A DNA stretch of 64,000 nt, from assembly GCA_963535465.1 (NCBI GenBank), contig CAUSWF010000004.1:3643-67642 (forward strand), given 5' to 3'. Source of the stretch: an uncultured Erysipelotrichaceae bacterium (GTDB taxonomy: Bacteria; Bacillota_I; Bacilli_A; RF39; UBA660). A program made the translations under genes and the position numbers. This document shows positions 61,545-64,000 of the stretch, in pieces. The first letter of the stretch is position 1. Each line of letters starts with the position of its first letter. The notes under the pieces are model-generated. The model saw only the letters and a list, made by a program, of their open reading frames with translations, was not told the origin of the DNA and searched no databases.

Positions 61545-62435
61545 CTATTTATTAAATACTTCTATATTAAATGGAGGAATAAAAGACTCATCTTGAGTAT
61601 CACCAACTTGTATAAAAGCATTTTCAACACCAATTTCTTCAGCGTAATTAACAACTTCCATATATTCTTCTTCACTAAGTTTTCTATTTAAATTACTATA
61701 TTTAGTATAATTAACAGGCGTATATTGATTCATAATACTTATAATAATATTATCTTTATATTTATCATATAAATATTTTATAATCTTTTTACTATCATCT
61801 ATATGACCTGGAATTATCAAAACTCTAACTATAATACCACTTTTCATAATACCATCTTCAATAATAATATTATTCTTACTCTTAAACATAGAGTCTAAAG
61901 CTTTTTTACAAGTATCTACATAATTATTAATAAAAGAATATTTAAAAGCAAGTTCATCATCAAAATATCTAAAATCAGTAAGATAAATATCAACATACTC
62001 ATTAATCTCATCTATAGAATAATCATTCTCATACCCACTAGTATTATAAACAATGGGTATATGTAATTTATCTTTAACAAGCTTAATAGCTTCAATTATA
62101 TGGTATGAATAATGGGTTGGAGTAACAAAATTTATATTATGAGCCCCCTTTTCTTGTAACTCCATCATAATATCAGAAAGTTTTTCTATAGTTATAACCT
62201 TACCATATCCTTCTAAACTGATTTTTTTATTCTGGCAATATAAGCATTTCATACTACAATTAGAGAAAAAAATAGTACCACTACCATTAACCCCACTAAT
62301 AATAGGCTCCTCCCACATATGTAAACTATAATATGCAACAACTAACTTATCATCTGCTCCACATAATCCCTTATTTTTATATCTATTAGTAAAACATCTT
62401 CTAGGACATAAAACACATCTTTTTAATTTATCCAT
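61545..62435 (-). CDS. radical SAM enzyme, PflX-like (COG1313) with extra N-terminal Cys cluster
   Basis: CVLCPRRC...C N-terminal cluster plus canonical CSMKCLYC (Cx3Cx2C). Confidence 0.7.
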   Translation of the reverse strand: MDKLKRCVLCPRRCFTNRYKNKGLCGADDKLVVAYYSLHMWEEPIISGVNGSGTIFFSNCSMKCLYCQNKKISLEGYGKVITIEKLSDIMMELQEKGAHNINFVTPTHYSYHIIEAIKLVKDKLHIPIVYNTSGYENDYSIDEINEYVDIYLTDFRYFDDELAFKYSFINNYVDTCKKALDSMFKSKNNIIIEDGIMKSGIIVRVLIIPGHIDDSKKIIKYLYDKYKDNIIISIMNQYTPVNYTKYSNLNRKLSEEEYMEVVNYAEEIGVENAFIQVGDTQDESFIPPFNIEVFNK

Positions 62436-62488
62436 AAAATCACCAAAAAAATAATATCACATAAAAATAGAATAGTAAAATTACTATT

Positions 62489-62944
62489 CTATTTAATTCT
62501 AATTTCTTCAAAGTCATCATTTTTATTACAGCCGTCATAACTTATATTATTACTATAATATTTCTTACTTCCAAGTATAAGATAAGACAAACTACCTAAT
62601 TTGACTTTCCTAGGTTTTAAATTTTTATTTTCTCTTTTGACATTATCAAAATAATTTTTAGAATATATAGAAGTAATATATCTAATGGAATTAACTAGCT
62701 TAGGTATAAAGTTTGAATACTCAAGTAATATAAATTTATCTATATTTATTATTTCCACATCAAAAGAATTAGTTTTAAAAACTAAATTACCATTTACTAT
62801 ATTAATATAACTCTTATCTAAATTATCAATAAATCCTAAAATATTATAAATATCATTACCATTATATTTTTCTAATATATTTTTATTTTTATATACATTA
62901 AGTGAATAAGATGAATTATTATTTGGATAAAATCTATAAATCAT
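62489..62944 (-). CDS. hypothetical protein (151 aa, Asn/Tyr-rich)
   Basis: Translationally coupled (ATGA) to upstream 66-aa ORF. Confidence 0.4.
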   Translation of the reverse strand: MIYRFYPNNNSSYSLNVYKNKNILEKYNGNDIYNILGFIDNLDKSYINIVNGNLVFKTNSFDVEIINIDKFILLEYSNFIPKLVNSIRYITSIYSKNYFDNVKRENKNLKPRKVKLGSLSYLILGSKKYYSNNISYDGCNKNDDFEEIRIK

Positions 62945-63141
62945 ACATTAATCACTTCCATTACTAAATTATATTCTTGAAGATCAACATCATAAAAATT
63001 TATATCGCATCCATTAATTACATATCTATTAATATAAATATTTTTTCCATTAGTAAAAAGGACATATGAAGTATTATCTATAGTAACATCATCAACATAT
63101 GTATAGTTCTTACCATTAACAATAATATCTAAAGCCTTCAT
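62941..63141 (-). CDS. hypothetical small protein (66 aa)
   Basis: AGGAGGAG RBS; first gene of minus-strand operon. Confidence 0.4.
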   Translation of the reverse strand: MKALDIIVNGKNYTYVDDVTIDNTSYVLFTNGKNIYINRYVINGCDINFYDVDLQEYNLVMEVINV

Positions 63142-63259
63142 ATACTCCTCCTATCCTAATAATAAAATTATATCATAAAGAAAAAAATTATTAAAAAAAA
63201 TCGTTTAAAATTGTCAATAATAAAAAATAATATGTTATAATTCTTATGAAAGCAGGAAA

Positions 63260-64000
63260 CATGAAAACAGATAAAAATATACTAATAGCATTTTTGCTTA
63301 ATTTATCATTTTCAATATTTGAATTTTTTGGAGGAATATTTACAGGATCAGTCGCAATATCATCAGATGCATTACATGATTTAGGAGATGCTTTAAGTAT
63401 CGGATTATCATATATATTAGAAAAGATAAGTAAGAAAAAAGCTAATAAAAAATATACATATGGATATATAAAATATTCAATAATAGGAAGTATTATAACA
63501 ACCACGATCTTGCTAGTAGGTGGAGTATTAGTAATATATAATTCAGTAATTAGAATATTTAATCCAATGTCGATTAATTATAATGGAATGCTTATATTTG
63601 CATTAATAGGAATGATTGTAAATATAGTTGCATCATATTACACAAAAGATGGTGATTCTCTAAATCAAAAATCTGTAAACCTACATATGTTAGAAGACGT
63701 ATTGGGCTGGATAGTAGTATTAGTTGCATCTATCATAATGAAATATACTAATATCAATATAATAGATCCAATACTATCAATAATTGTCTCATTGTATATA
63801 TTTTATAATGCACAAAAAAACATGAAAGAAGTATTAAATATTTTCTTAGAAAAAACTCCTGAAAATATAGATATAGATCAAGTAGAAGAAAAAGTATTAA
63901 AGGTAAAAGGAGTATTAGGTATACACCATATTCATGTAAGAAGTATAGATGGATATACAAACTTTGCAACACTACATGTTATAGTAAAAAAATATAATTC
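63260..64000 (+). CDS. cation diffusion facilitator (CzcD-like) transporter, 3' partial
   Basis: TM helices with SDALHDLGD and HMLEDVLGW metal-site motifs; frame open to window end. Confidence 0.8.

Overview
This is an AT-rich (~28-30% GC) chromosomal segment from a low-GC Firmicute (Clostridia/Tissierellia-like); genes are densely packed, mostly on the + strand, with strong AGGAGG ribosome-binding sites. No rRNA, tRNA or CRISPR was seen. The order from left to right is as follows. 1-27.7 kb is housekeeping: a SAM-I riboswitch upstream of an unusually short (260 aa) MetK-like gene, prfB, ftsE-ftsX plus a coiled-coil M23 peptidase, uvrB, a CsaA-like tRNA-binding protein, an XRE regulator, uvrA, lgt-yvcK-whiA, a TGS/uridine-kinase-like gene, gap-pgk, three inserted lipid/glycosyl genes, tpiA, an orphan Spo0A_C-domain gene, a DUF4143 AAA ATPase, dinB and fhs. 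27.7-42 kb is the complete S10-spc-alpha ribosomal protein cluster (rpsJ to rplQ, including secY, adk, map, infA, rpmJ, rpoA) with no rpmD. 42-48.4 kb holds a polysaccharide deacetylase, an SDR oxidoreductase, uppS, two degenerate ecfA-like genes with no ecfT, truA, and rplM-rpsI. After rpsI there is the scar of a site-specifically integrated element (duplicated rpsI 3' end, a tyrosine-integrase C-terminal fragment, a ribbon-helix-helix ORF, CA-rich repeats). Next comes an IS1202/ISNCY-like insertion sequence flanked by ~30-bp direct repeats. An accessory region follows: a LiaF-like/DUF4097 pair, an orphan type VIIb secretion core (essC plus yukD/esaB plus two tiny helical ORFs), a divergent Zn-phospholipase-C-like gene, an Abi_2 abortive-infection gene translationally coupled to a membrane-anchored HtrA protease, a convergent minus-strand operon (two small proteins, a PflX-like radical SAM enzyme, a secreted CxxC thioredoxin-fold protein), and the start of a CDF metal transporter. 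A hairpin repeat ATATCCACA-N6-TGTGGATAT recurs as a terminator at four or more loci.
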